Part shown: positions 27,354 to 37,800 of the stretch, one piece after another | Layout of the letters: each line of letters opens with the position of its first letter | Numbering within the stretch: position 1 is the first letter of the stretch | Source of the DNA: Candidatus Magasanikiibacteriota bacterium | GTDB taxonomy: Bacteria > Patescibacteriota > Patescibacteriia > Magasanikbacterales > UBA922 | Length of the DNA stretch: 64,000 bases | Reading direction: 5' to 3' | NCBI GenBank assembly: GCA_016193335.1 | Contig: JACPSK010000001.1 | Coordinates: forward strand, 585,440 to 649,439 | Position numbers and translations under genes: made by a program | The notes under the pieces: model-generated | Databases searched by the model: none | What the model saw: only the letters and a program-made list of their open reading frames with translations | Told to the model about the DNA's origin: nothing

Positions 27354-28718
27354 TCATTTCATCCAAACGGTTTTGGTATTCACGAATTCTTTGATGCCAT
27401 AGTGTGACAGCTCTCGTCCATAGCCGGATTTTTTTATGCCGCCAAAGGGCAGACGAGGGTCAGATTTTACCATGCTGTTTATAAACACGGCTCCGGCTTC
27501 TATGTCTGCGGCAAGCTGTTCCGCAAGATTCATATCTGAAGTCCATAAAGAAGCGCCAAGCCCAAAGCGGGAATCATTGGCTACGCGAATTGCTTCGCTG
27601 GCATCTTTTACTTTTATAATAGAAGCCACTGGCCCAAAGATTTCTTGTTCATAAGCCGGCATGCCTGGGGATACGTCTCCCAAAATGGTGGGCTCAAAGA
27701 AATATCCCGGGCACTTTATGCGTCTGCCTCCGCACAGAATACGCGCTCCCTTGGCGACGCTGTCGTTTATTTGTTTTTGGATTTCATTGAGGCTTTGTTC
27801 ATTTACGAGAGGTCCGAGGTCTGTGTTTTCATTCATTGGATCACCCACTGAGAGAGATTCGAACTTTTTAATATATAAATCAACAAATTGTTCGGCAATG
27901 CTTTCAACCACAATAAATCGTTTTGCCGCGATACAACTTTGGCCATTGTTTTGCAAACGCGCGTTTACCGCGGCCGAGCAGGCTTCTTCGAGCTTTGCGT
28001 CGGCGAGCACGATAAACGGGTCAGAACCGCCGAGTTCCAACACTGAATGTTTGATTTCGTCGCCAGCGATTTCCGCCACTTTGCGTCCCGCCCATTCGCT
28101 GCCCGTAAGCGTAACGGCTTTTACGCGCGGATCGCGAAGCACGGACTCAACTTTTGGAGAGCTGATGTACAGATTTTGGAATACCCCTTCAGGGAATCCG
28201 GCTTTTGCGAATACATCTTCAATGGCGGCGGCGCATTGGGGAACGTTTGAAGCGTGCTTGAGCAAACCGACATTGCCGGCCATGCTTGCGGGCGCGATGA
28301 AACGGAATACTTGCCAGAACGGAAAATTCCATGGCATAACCGCGAGCACAATGCCGAGCGGATCGAAGCGGACATAGCTTTTTGTACCATCGGTTTTAAT
28401 ATACTCCGGTGAGAGCATGCGCTCGGCTTCATGAGCATAGTACTCACAAACCCAGGCGCATTTTTCCACTTCTGCGATTGCTTGTTTGATGGGTTTTCCC
28501 ATCTCGAGTGTCGCCAATTCGCCGTAGGTTCGTGAGTTTGTTTTTAAGACTTCAGCGGCTTTTTGTAATTTCGCGGCGCGGCTTGAGTAATCATTTCCGC
28601 GCCAATGCTCAAAAGTGGCTTGGGCGATTTCAAGCTTGGTTTTCAGCTCATCGTCAGTAAGCTCACTGAAGGTTTTTGCTATTTCACCGGTCGTAGGATT
28701 TCGCGATTGGATGGGCAT
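27354..28718 (-). CDS. NAD(P)-dependent aldehyde dehydrogenase (succinate-semialdehyde dehydrogenase-like)
   Basis: 454-aa ALDH fold with a catalytic Cys region (QNNGQSCIAAKR) and Glu (LELGGSDP). Confidence 0.88.
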   Translation of the reverse strand: MPIQSRNPTTGEIAKTFSELTDDELKTKLEIAQATFEHWRGNDYSSRAAKLQKAAEVLKTNSRTYGELATLEMGKPIKQAIAEVEKCAWVCEYYAHEAERMLSPEYIKTDGTKSYVRFDPLGIVLAVMPWNFPFWQVFRFIAPASMAGNVGLLKHASNVPQCAAAIEDVFAKAGFPEGVFQNLYISSPKVESVLRDPRVKAVTLTGSEWAGRKVAEIAGDEIKHSVLELGGSDPFIVLADAKLEEACSAAVNARLQNNGQSCIAAKRFIVVESIAEQFVDLYIKKFESLSVGDPMNENTDLGPLVNEQSLNEIQKQINDSVAKGARILCGGRRIKCPGYFFEPTILGDVSPGMPAYEQEIFGPVASIIKVKDASEAIRVANDSRFGLGASLWTSDMNLAEQLAADIEAGAVFINSMVKSDPRLPFGGIKKSGYGRELSHYGIKEFVNTKTVWMK

Positions 28719-28813
28719 ATATGTAAAAACAACCAGTTATTTAGACCGTGAGACATGAATAAACCAAATTGCTCTTGGTTTATGAATTGATGGATTTTTT
28801 GTCTCCTCTTTTG

Positions 28814-30451
28814 TCATTCCAGTTTGTTATTTTTCAATTCTTTGGTCAGAACTTTGTCATTTTCAGAATAATCAATTGGTACTTCGATGAGTTTTACGCC
28901 GGGTTCTTTTAGGCAAGATTCCAGCAGAGTTTTAAATTCTGCCGTATTTGTGACCCTGTATCCTTTGGCCCCGTAACTTTCCGCGTATTTTACGAAATCC
29001 GGATTTCCAAAATTAAGCCCAAAGTCAGGATAACCCATGGCCTGCTGTTTCCACTGTATCATGCCATAGGCATTGTCTGAGAGGATCAATACAGTGATGT
29101 TCATTTTGTAGCGGATCGCTGTTTCGAGTTCTTGAGAATTCATCATAAAACCGCCGTCCCCGCACACGGAGAGTATCGGTCTATCCGGGTATACCAGGTA
29201 GCTGGCCATGGCCGATGGAAGGCCTGCACCCATGCTTGCAAGCGCATTGTCGAGAAGCAGAGTATTTCGTTCATAGGCTGGATAATGCCGCGCGAACCAG
29301 ATTTTGTACATGCCATTATCAAGTGTTACTATGCCGTTCTCCGGCACAGCCGCGCGTACATCTGCCACTATACGCTGGGGCAAAAGAGGAAAGGATTCCG
29401 CGGATGCGTCACGAGCGATATGCGCGTTGATTTTTTGTTTCGTCTGAATAAATTCTGAAAAATCCCAATTCGCTTGCGGTCTTATATGTTCTTTTATATT
29501 CCAAATTGCGTTGCCAATGTCGCCAATCACTTCCCATTGAGGGAAATACACAGGATCAACTTCGGCCGATGTAAAGTTTATGTGTATAACATTCTGATTA
29601 TTTTGTTTCATAAAAAAGGGAGGTTTTTCGACCACATCATGTCCCACATTGATGATTAAGTCCGCTCTGTTCACTGCTTGATGGATAAAATCATTCGTAG
29701 ACAGGGCGGCTGTCCCAATATAGAGGGGATGGCGTTCATCGATTACCCCCTTTCCCATTTGTGTGTTGAAAAAAGGAATGCCGGTTTTTTCAACAAGTTC
29801 TTTGAGCATTTTTGAAATTAATTTTCTATTGGCGCCTGCTCCTATTAAAATAAGCGGTCGTTTCGCGGCTTCAATCATTCCTATAGCTATCTCTACCGCT
29901 TTTGTTTCAGCAGCCGGCCGTCTTATTTTGTGGAGAGGCAATATATCCAGGTTTGTTTCTTCGGCCGCTATATCTTCCGGGAGTTCGAGGTGAACAGCCC
30001 CGGGACGTTCTTCACTGGCGCGGCGGAAAGCCTCGCGGACTCGCGCGGGGATTGTATTTCCATTGATGATTTGCTTGCTGTACTTGGTTAGAGGGGACAT
30101 CATATTAACGATGTCTATGATTTGAAAATGTCCCTGTTTGCTTGATTTGATAGGTTTTTGTCCGGTAATCATGAGCATGGGCATAGCGCCGAGCTGGGCA
30201 AATGCCGCCGCTGTCACCAAGTTTGTGGCTCCTGGCCCCAAGGTTGATAAGCAGACTCCTACGTTTCCTGTGAGCCGTCCGTAGGTGGCAGCCATAAAAC
30301 CCGCGCCCTGTTCATGGCGCGTTATGATGAGTTTTATCTTAGATGTTCGTAGCGATTCGATGAGATCGAGATTTTCTTCTCCAGGCACGCCGAAAATATA
30401 TTCCACGCCTTCGTGTTCAAGAGCTTTTACAAAGAGGTCAGAGGCTTTCAT
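28814..30451 (-). CDS. Thiamine-pyrophosphate enzyme of the acetolactate synthase large-subunit / IlvB-AlsS family
   Basis: 545 aa with Pyr, central and PP domains and the TPP-binding GDGG...N motif (VCGDGGFMMNSQELETA). Confidence 0.85.
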   Translation of the reverse strand: MKASDLFVKALEHEGVEYIFGVPGEENLDLIESLRTSKIKLIITRHEQGAGFMAATYGRLTGNVGVCLSTLGPGATNLVTAAAFAQLGAMPMLMITGQKPIKSSKQGHFQIIDIVNMMSPLTKYSKQIINGNTIPARVREAFRRASEERPGAVHLELPEDIAAEETNLDILPLHKIRRPAAETKAVEIAIGMIEAAKRPLILIGAGANRKLISKMLKELVEKTGIPFFNTQMGKGVIDERHPLYIGTAALSTNDFIHQAVNRADLIINVGHDVVEKPPFFMKQNNQNVIHINFTSAEVDPVYFPQWEVIGDIGNAIWNIKEHIRPQANWDFSEFIQTKQKINAHIARDASAESFPLLPQRIVADVRAAVPENGIVTLDNGMYKIWFARHYPAYERNTLLLDNALASMGAGLPSAMASYLVYPDRPILSVCGDGGFMMNSQELETAIRYKMNITVLILSDNAYGMIQWKQQAMGYPDFGLNFGNPDFVKYAESYGAKGYRVTNTAEFKTLLESCLKEPGVKLIEVPIDYSENDKVLTKELKNNKLE

Positions 30452-30472
30452 AGGCAGAGGTTCATCATGAAT

Positions 30473-30775
30473 TTACGGCTTATTTTGCAGCAGAAAAATA
30501 GCAATAAGTATCTGGACCGTCAAGATACAGGCCATACCCGCCTGGAAGGAGAGTTTTTTTGTTTTATGTCTGAAGAAATACATCCCAAGCACCGCGCCAG
30601 CCGAGCCTCCGAAAAGAGATAAGAGCCATAAGGTGACTTCGCTGATTCTTCTGTTTTTAAACCGGGATTTTATTTTATCAATTCCAAAATAAAAAAAACT
30701 GAGGGCATTCATTCCCAGAAGATATAGTAAAAATATTTGATTTTCGAGTGAGAGATCGAGAAAAAACGTGAACAT
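30473..30775 (-). CDS. DUF1294-family small membrane protein
   Basis: 100 aa with a pattern typical of DUF1294 (GIDKIKSRF.NRRISEVTLWLLSLFGGSAGAVLGMYFFRHKT). Confidence 0.65.
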   Translation of the reverse strand: MFTFFLDLSLENQIFLLYLLGMNALSFFYFGIDKIKSRFKNRRISEVTLWLLSLFGGSAGAVLGMYFFRHKTKKLSFQAGMACILTVQILIAIFLLQNKP

Positions 30776-30793
30776 ATATTATGCAGTTACCGT

Positions 30794-31357
30794 CTAGCTG
30801 TTTTCCATTTTTTCCTGGTGGTAGTGGTAATGAAATTTGCGATCTTCATCCGCGAGTCGTATTAGTTCTTCTCTAATATGGTCTGGATGTCGGATACTTC
30901 TGAAAACAATGCTCGTATTGGTGGAAGCGGTGCTAATGACGATGTCTCCATAGCGGAGCAGTGTCCTCAGCACGCCGTTAATATGGGCCGTGACGTCTTG
31001 GATTCTGTATAAATCCAGCTCAGTGGTCACGCGGTTGAAAAGTCCGTGCTGTTCTATATCTATAATGCGGTCATTGGTAACAATCCACATGTCCAAGTAA
31101 TAATCGGTAAAACGAACATAGAAAAACAAATAAGCCGATAAATAATATATACTGCCGATAATTACTCCAATTGGAAAAAGCAGAGGGTCTTGCATCAAGG
31201 CCGGCGATAGGCTGTCTAGAAGAATGTAGAGTCCGAAGGGCACTACTAACATGGCCACAAATAATACAAGCACCGGCACAAAGTCCAACCAATGCCGGTG
31301 GAGGGTGTAGACGATTTTTTCGTAAGATTTTTCTTTTATCACCAGGCTCATGTTCAT
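30794..31357 (-). CDS. Membrane protein with a bacterial PH (bPH_2, YdbS/YdbT-like) domain
   Basis: Two N-terminal TM helices followed by the bPH_2 signature (DYYLDMWIVTNDRIIDIEQ...GDIVIST). Confidence 0.65.
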   Translation of the reverse strand: MNMSLVIKEKSYEKIVYTLHRHWLDFVPVLVLFVAMLVVPFGLYILLDSLSPALMQDPLLFPIGVIIGSIYYLSAYLFFYVRFTDYYLDMWIVTNDRIIDIEQHGLFNRVTTELDLYRIQDVTAHINGVLRTLLRYGDIVISTASTNTSIVFRSIRHPDHIREELIRLADEDRKFHYHYHQEKMENS

Positions 31358-31366
31358 AGAATCTGT

Positions 31367-31618
31367 TTATTGGTAAGAAAACCATACCGCGTTAAACACC
31401 GTGATACTCTGATGCCAGTCTGTTCCCTGGAGGAGATACATAGTGCCGTAAACGCTGAGCGCGGCGATGACGACAGTAAATAAAGTAACAGTGAAGGTGG
31501 CAATGGTAAATGAGGCGCTGATGAGTATATGATAGAAATCTATAGCCGCGAAGATGCAAAAAAAGGCGAGAAAAAATATATAGAAGAATAATATAGAATA
31601 AAGAGGAAAGGCGATCAT
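31367..31618 (-). CDS. Small hydrophobic membrane protein
   Basis: 83 aa with two or three TM helices. Confidence 0.4.
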   Translation of the reverse strand: MIAFPLYSILFFYIFFLAFFCIFAAIDFYHILISASFTIATFTVTLFTVVIAALSVYGTMYLLQGTDWHQSITVFNAVWFSYQ

Positions 31619-31620
31619 AT

Positions 31621-32775
31621 TTATAGCAGATTTTTTTGTTTCGCGTTTCGTGTTTTATTTAAATGTTCGTAGGCTCGTTTGGTTGCCATGCGGCCGCGAG
31701 CGCTACGTTCCAATAGACCTATTTGCAAAAGATAGGGTTCATATACTGATTCAATAGTCTCCATTTCTTCGGCAGTGGCGGCCGCGAGCGTATTCAAACC
31801 CACCGGGCCTCCGTCGAATTGCTCTATAATGATCTTTAAGATTTTGCGGTCGATTTCATCGAGTCCGTATTCGTCTATGTTTAACATGTTCAGGGCTTCG
31901 CTGGTGATGTTTAGATTTATTGATGAATCCGCATGCCGTATTTCCGCGTAGTCGCGCACTCTTTTAAGAAGTCTATTTGCAACACGGGGAGTGCGCCTGG
32001 CGCGTAGGGCAATGTTTTTTGAGGCTTCTGAGTTTATTTTTACGCTTAAAATATCGGCGTTTCTCTCTATAATTTGTTCTATCTCAGGATCTTCATAATA
32101 ATTGAGATGATACACATGGCCAAATCGATCCCTGAGAGGTGACGAAAGAAGATTCAATTTGGTGGTCGCTCCTATCAGCGTAAATTTCTGCAATGGCATC
32201 CTTAGAGTTCGGGCTGTTGGGCCTTTGCCTATAATTATATCTAAGGCAAAATCTTCCATGGCGCTATAGAGCACTTCCTCTATAGTTTTGTTCATGCGAT
32301 GGATTTCATCTATAAATAGAATATCGCCTTGGTTGAGATTGGAAAGTATGGCCGCCAAGTCTCCCACCCGCTCGAGGGCAGGTCCTGAGGTTACGCGGAT
32401 AGAGACCTCCATTTCGCGGGCTATGATATGAGCCAAAGTCGTTTTTCCAAGACCCGGATTACCATATAGGAGAATATGTTCCATGGGTTCTTCTCTTTTT
32501 CGGGCGGCTTGCATTGAGATGGAAAGTGGAATTTTTATATGTTTTTGCCCTATGAATTCTGCAAGCTGTTTTGGTCGCAGGTTTACTTCTACAATTGTTT
32601 CTTCATTATTTTCAGAAACAGCGGGATCTACCACTCTATTATTCAATATATGTTCTGGTATCAATTCTTTGGATTGCATACTTTTGCTATTATACGAGTT
32701 TACATAGCCTGGGGCAAGCAGGCTGTTTTTTTTGGGTTTTTTTATGAATCGTGTTAAGGTGTATCCTGCATACAA
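31621..32775 (-). CDS. ruvB: Holliday junction ATP-dependent DNA helicase RuvB (true start probably the internal MQSKEL, about 32679)
   Basis: Walker A LLYGNPGLGKTTLA, sensor LFIDEIHRM, and a C-terminal winged-helix domain. The palindromic terminator at 32770-32806 overlaps the N-terminal codons of the listed ORF. Confidence 0.9.
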   Translation of the reverse strand: MYAGYTLTRFIKKPKKNSLLAPGYVNSYNSKSMQSKELIPEHILNNRVVDPAVSENNEETIVEVNLRPKQLAEFIGQKHIKIPLSISMQAARKREEPMEHILLYGNPGLGKTTLAHIIAREMEVSIRVTSGPALERVGDLAAILSNLNQGDILFIDEIHRMNKTIEEVLYSAMEDFALDIIIGKGPTARTLRMPLQKFTLIGATTKLNLLSSPLRDRFGHVYHLNYYEDPEIEQIIERNADILSVKINSEASKNIALRARRTPRVANRLLKRVRDYAEIRHADSSINLNITSEALNMLNIDEYGLDEIDRKILKIIIEQFDGGPVGLNTLAAATAEEMETIESVYEPYLLQIGLLERSARGRMATKRAYEHLNKTRNAKQKNLL

Positions 32776-32806
32776 AACACGGGTTCAAATAACCCGTGTT
32801 TTGTAT
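32770..32806. terminator. Strong palindromic (bidirectional) terminator
   Basis: ATACAAAACACGGGTTCAAATAACCCGTGTTTTGTAT, downstream of the ParB-Crp fusion gene. Confidence 0.65.
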
Positions 32807-32895
32807 GCGGACGAATTTTGCAGAGCGTTCGTCCCTTCGCCTTGCCTTTATCTCTACTTGAGATAGAGATTCGGCGCTCCTTTTCGAAGTCTTGG

Positions 32896-34644
32896 CTAGC
32901 TGTCCAGTCTGCTCGGTCTCAGACGAGCCATGTCGTGGACCATGAACCCCCGTCCAGAACCCAGGTCGGAAATGACTCCGGCTTCTTTGATTCTACCCAT
33001 GACTCGGATCACGGTCTCGAGCGTCATCCCGGTGAGCTCGCCGAGCCGTTGCCGGGTAAGATCCAAGGACACGAGGCGTCCACGGCTGTCTCCTTCCACG
33101 CCGAACCTGGTGGCGAGCAAGAAGAACAAGTAGCGTAGTCTCGTCTCCGCCGAGGCGTTGGCCAGCAAGCTTGCACGCAGAGCGTCTCTCTGCGCACGTC
33201 CGCCGAGGCGGCCCCAGAACAAGCTGCGCAATCCCGGGTCTTTCTGGAATTTCTCCCAGAATGTGGCCGATGGAACCCGAATCAATACACCAGGATCCAG
33301 GGTCAGGATAGTTTCCGTGTACTTGGTGGTGCCACAGTACATATCCCCAAGGATTTCTCCACTGCCGTGCACATCGAGAATGCCGGTGTACTCACCGTTT
33401 TCATATTCTCGGACAACGCGGCCAGAGAGCAGGAGGAAAACGTCCTCAGGATCTGCACCCTGTCGGTACACGTGGGCCCTGCGCCGGTAGGCTTCGATCT
33501 CGCCGAGATCAAGCAGGTAGCTGGGCCAAGTTCCGGGGAGTCCGCCTTCCCGCTTGATCTGGCTCGCTACACGGCTGATTCTGGCGTTCGCTTTTTCTCC
33601 GTGCGATTGATAGGCTATGCTGGGCCTAAATGCCGGAGGATCAGGCCGGTCAATAACCAGGGCAGAGGCATCCGTCCGAGTGTAGACAGGGTGTCCAGTA
33701 TCTGGTCTCTTTTTTTCAGTTGCCGCCTCGTCGTCCGGAACACGGGTTTCCTCGTCTTCTCGGCTGTCTTCATGGTCATCATCTTCCCATTCCAGATCAG
33801 CCGGTTCAGGCAAGTCCTCAGGCTTATCAGTGAGAGGCTGGTCGCCCTCAGCTCTTGCTTCTGCGGCCGCTGCTCTAAGGGCGCGTTCGGCCAGTTGCTG
33901 AAAATACTGAATGGCCCCTTTGACCGAGATCTTGGCCATGCCATGGTAAACGTTGTTCAGCTCTCGGAGAGCTGCGCGCATGGCATCGTGAGTAGTACAG
34001 AAACGAATCAGCACTTCTGCCACGCCCAGCTTCAGACGATCGTCTGCTACTGCCTCCTGTAAGTCTTCAGGGAGCTTCAAGAGGTCGAGTCGCTTGCAGA
34101 TATGACCCTGGGAACGGCCCACCTTCTTCCCGAGTTGGCCTTGGGTAAAGCCGCCTTCATCGATCGCTTGCTGGAAGGCGTGGGCTTCCTCAATCGGGTT
34201 GAGGGGCGTTCTGACCAGGTTTTCCACGAGGCCGATCATGTAGGACTGCGGATCAGCAACCCTGATGACCGCGCGGATCAACTTTCTGCCGAGCCTGACG
34301 TGCGCCCGCCAGCGAGTCTCGCCAGCCACTAACATAAACAAACCCGTCTCAGCATGATCAGGCGCTGGCTTCAACACCACGGCGCTGATCAGGCCGTCGG
34401 CCTCGATTGAGTCGGCCATCTGTTGGATAGCCTCCTCCGTGAAACGCTTTCGACCCTGTTTGGGGTCAGCCACAATCCGAGCTACGGGAACCATGTATTC
34501 CCTGCTCGGGGCTTCTTCAACGTCCTCTCGGTGAACGACTTCTGCAAGTGTGCTGATAGACATGCCTAATGCCTCCCGTATCTTGGTTTTCCGCAGGACA
34601 AAAGACCCTGGAATACAATATCTAACTACCAGTTCCATTGTCAA
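32896..34644 (-). CDS. GC-rich fusion protein: ParB/Spo0J-like N-terminal and HTH domains, an acidic linker, then a Crp/Fnr-type cNMP-binding domain with a winged HTH
   Basis: N-terminal ParB motifs (GETRWRAHVRLG, LVENLVRTPLNPIEEAHAFQQAIDEGGFTQGQLGKKVGRSQGHICKRLDLLKLP). Asp/Glu-rich linker. C-terminal cNMP-binding beta-roll (VFLLLSGRVVREYENGEYTGILDVHGSGEILGDM) and Crp-type HTH (TRQRLGELTGMTLETVIRVMGRIKEAG). A likely alternative start is MSISTLAEV at 34563, preceded by GGGAGG. GC3-biased. Confidence 0.7.
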   Translation of the reverse strand: MTMELVVRYCIPGSFVLRKTKIREALGMSISTLAEVVHREDVEEAPSREYMVPVARIVADPKQGRKRFTEEAIQQMADSIEADGLISAVVLKPAPDHAETGLFMLVAGETRWRAHVRLGRKLIRAVIRVADPQSYMIGLVENLVRTPLNPIEEAHAFQQAIDEGGFTQGQLGKKVGRSQGHICKRLDLLKLPEDLQEAVADDRLKLGVAEVLIRFCTTHDAMRAALRELNNVYHGMAKISVKGAIQYFQQLAERALRAAAAEARAEGDQPLTDKPEDLPEPADLEWEDDDHEDSREDEETRVPDDEAATEKKRPDTGHPVYTRTDASALVIDRPDPPAFRPSIAYQSHGEKANARISRVASQIKREGGLPGTWPSYLLDLGEIEAYRRRAHVYRQGADPEDVFLLLSGRVVREYENGEYTGILDVHGSGEILGDMYCGTTKYTETILTLDPGVLIRVPSATFWEKFQKDPGLRSLFWGRLGGRAQRDALRASLLANASAETRLRYLFFLLATRFGVEGDSRGRLVSLDLTRQRLGELTGMTLETVIRVMGRIKEAGVISDLGSGRGFMVHDMARLRPSRLDS

Positions 34645-34755
34645 TTTATTTTTATTTTATACATTGTGTGGATAACTTTTTGATATTTGGTATTTAATGA
34701 TATTTTTTCGCTAGGTTGCGTTTTTTCTCTGGGGTTTGGAGGCCTTTTTGCTTTG

Positions 34756-34764
34756 TGTTATAAT
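34756..34764 (+). promoter_or_regulatory. Extended -10 promoter element for nrdJ
   Basis: TGTTATAAT (TGn-TATAAT). Confidence 0.5.
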
Positions 34765-34784
34765 GATTAAGCCTGTCGTTCAAT

Positions 34785-34828
34785 CCCATATATTGTGGTT
34801 AAAATATATTTGGGCCACTATATATGGG
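34785..34828 (+). promoter_or_regulatory. Pair of NrdR-box-like palindromes
   Basis: CCCATATATTGTGG (34785-34798) and CCACTATATATGGG (34815-34828) match the NrdR box consensus (acaCwAtATaTwGtgt). Their 30-bp centre spacing is close to the usual three helical turns. They sit between the promoter and the nrdJ start. Confidence 0.55.
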
Positions 34829-34835
34829 ATTGTTA

Positions 34836-34872
34836 ACGCCACAGACGAGAGGCAGAAGCGTGGCGTTTTTTT
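34836..34872 (+). promoter_or_regulatory. Terminator-like hairpin with a U-tract in the nrdJ 5' leader (possible attenuator)
   Basis: ACGCCAC-AGACGAGAGGCAGAAGC-GTGGCGT followed by TTTTTTT, 26 nt before the nrdJ ATG. No co-directional upstream gene exists for it to terminate. Confidence 0.45.
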
Positions 34873-34898
34873 AACTTTAGAGATTTACAAAAAACAAT

Positions 34899-37800
34899 AT
34901 GGGGTCAACACAAACGAAGAGTTTCCAAGGTCTTGCTCTCGGGCAAGGGGAAGATACCGAGTTTACATACAATGAGAACGGGCTTAGATTCAAGAGAAAA
35001 TTCAGTGAAGAGGGCAAAAGTCCTTTTGACTTGGTCGAATATGAGTTAAGGACCTCTACGATTCGAGAGCCGGACGGAACCGTGGTGTTTGAAATGAAAA
35101 ATCTGGAGATTCCCAAACAGTGGTCTCAAGTGGCCACGGATATTATCGCTCAGAAATATTTCAGAAAGGCCGGCGTGCCGCAGTATCAAGAAGATGGAAA
35201 CCCAAAATTGAACCCTGACGGATCTACCATGCTTGGATCCGAAACGAGCGCCAAACAGACTATGCATCGTCTGGCCGGCACTTGGCGCTATTGGGGCGAA
35301 AAGTACGGGTATTTCGCGTCTCGTGAAGACGCGCAGATTTTTTATGATGAATTGGTAGTGATGCTGCTCAAGCAAATGGCTGCCCCCAATTCTCCGCAAT
35401 GGTTTAATACAGGGCTCCAATGGGCCTATGGCATAGATGGTCCTGCTCAGGGACACTATTATGTGGATCCTGACACCGGGGCCATGACCCGTTCAAAAGA
35501 CGCTTATACGCATCCACAGCCGCATGCTTGTTTCATTCAGTCTGTGGAAGACGACCTGGTAAACGAAGGTGGAATAATGGATCTCTGGGTTAGAGAAGCT
35601 CGTTTGTTTAAATACGGTTCAGGCACAGGCACCAATTTTTCCGGTTTGCGGGGCAAAGGCGAACCTTTGTCCGGCGGTGGCAAATCAAGCGGCCTTATGA
35701 GCTGGCTCAAGATAGGAGATCGCGCGGCCGGCGCCATAAAATCCGGAGGTACCACCAGACGAGCCGCGAAGATGGTCATTTTGGACTTGGATCACCCTGA
35801 TATTGAAGAATTTGTTAATTGGAAAGTGGGAGAAGAAAAGAAAGTCGCGGCCATGATAGCCTCCGGGTATCCTTCTGATTATGAAGGCGAAGCGTACCAG
35901 ACCGTGTCAGGACAGAATTCAAATAATTCAGTGCGCGTGCCGAACAAGTTTATGGAAGCGCTGGAAAATAGTGGTAGCTGGAATTTTACCTGGCGCACAG
36001 ATGGAACCATTTGCAAAACAATTAAAGCCCGGACACTTTGGGACCAGATCGCTTACGCGGCTTGGGCTTGCGCTGATCCGGGACTTCAATTTGATGACAA
36101 TATAAACGAATGGCATACCTGTCCTGAATCCGGCAAAATTCGCGGCTCCAATCCTTGCAGTGAATACATGTTTTTGGATAATACATCTTGCAATCTCGCT
36201 TCTCTTAACCTTGAACATTTTTTTAATCAGGAAACTCAGACTTTTGACGTTGACTTGTTTAAACATGGAGTGCGTTTGTGGACCGTGGTCTTGGAAATAA
36301 GCGTCCTCATGGCTCAGTTTCCGAGCAAAGAAATAGCCGAGATGAGTTATGAGTTTAGAACGCTTGGTCTTGGCTATGCGAATATCGGTTCTGTATTGAT
36401 GACTGCGGGTATCCCATACGAATCTGAAGAAGCCTACGCGTTTACCGGCAGTGTTACTGCCATTATGACTGCGGAATCCTACAAAGCCAGCGCTGAAATG
36501 GCCAAATTTTTGGGTCCTTTTCAAAAATATGAATTGAATAAATCTGATATGCTTCGGGTGATGAGAAATCATCGGCGCGCATCCTTTAATGTCCCGGACA
36601 ATGAATACGAAAAATTGAGCGTAAAGCCTCAAGGTATCAGGCCAGAGCATGCCCCGGCTTATCTTCTCGCCGCCGCTCGTGAGCTTTGGAATGAAGCCGT
36701 GGATATGGGTGAAAAATATGGATACAGAAACGCCCAAACCACGCTTTTGGCCCCTACAGGCACTATTGGTCTTTTGATGGATTGCGCCACCACGGGGGTG
36801 GAGCCTGATTTTGCTTTGGTTAAATTCAAGAAATTGGCAGGCGGGGGATATTTTAAAATTGTGAATGAAGCAGTGCCAGTGGCGCTTAGAAATTTGGGGT
36901 ATGCCGAAGAGCAGGTAACTGATATCGTAAATTATATGAAAGGGGTGGGAAGCATCAATGAGGCTCCCCACATCAATTCCCTTTCCTTAAAAGAAAAAGG
37001 ATTCACGGATGAGGATATTAAGAGTGTGAACAAAGCTTTGGGCAGTGCGTTTGAAATACAATTCGCCTTTAATGTGTGGACTTTGGGTGAAGACTGTTTA
37101 AAGCGAGTTGGATTTGGCGCGGGAGAATATAATGACCCGAATTTCAATATGCTCAAAGCAATGGGTTTTAGCAGAGAACAGATCGAGGGGGCCAATGAAT
37201 ATGTATGCGGGACCATGACCATAGAAGGCGCTCCTTATCTCAAAGAAGAACATTACCCGATTTTTGATTGCGCGAACAAGTGCGGCAAAAAAGGAAAACG
37301 CTTTATACATTGGAGAGGGCATTTGCGACAGATGGCTTCGGCCCAGCCTTTTTTGTCAGGAGCCATTTCAAAGACGATAAATATGCCGAATGAGGTGACG
37401 GTGGAAGATGTAAAACAAGCATATTGGGAATCATGGGAATTGTGTTTGAAAGCTGTTGCTTTGTATCGTGACGGATGCAAGCTTAGCCAGCCACTTTCCA
37501 CTTCTTCGGACGCGAAAGAAGATGATGATGTTTCGCTTGAGTCTAAACCTTTGGCAAAAAAGGAAGAAGTCATATCAGAAGTCCCGAGTTCTGTCGTTGC
37601 GCCGACCACTTCTCCTCTGTCCGCCGCATCAATTCCTGAATTTGAATACGACGATGCTTCGGATATAGCCCGCGCCATACAAGAGGCCAGTAAATTACTC
37701 AAACAGCATATTCCGGATTCTCACGCTTTGGAGAGTTATAGCAAAGAAGGAGAAGTAACCGATCATCGCATCTATATTCATGGAGAAAAGCGAAGTCTAC

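Noticed and set aside
33367-34062. 231-aa plus-strand ORF inside the ParB-Crp gene
   Set aside because: It is an antisense ORF in GC-rich coding DNA. The minus-strand frame carries the ParB and Crp motifs.
34786-34838. Possible cobalamin riboswitch in the nrdJ leader (contains GCCACTA)
   Set aside because: Apart from a partial B12-box-like hexamer there are no other conserved B12-riboswitch elements. The palindromes fit NrdR boxes much better.
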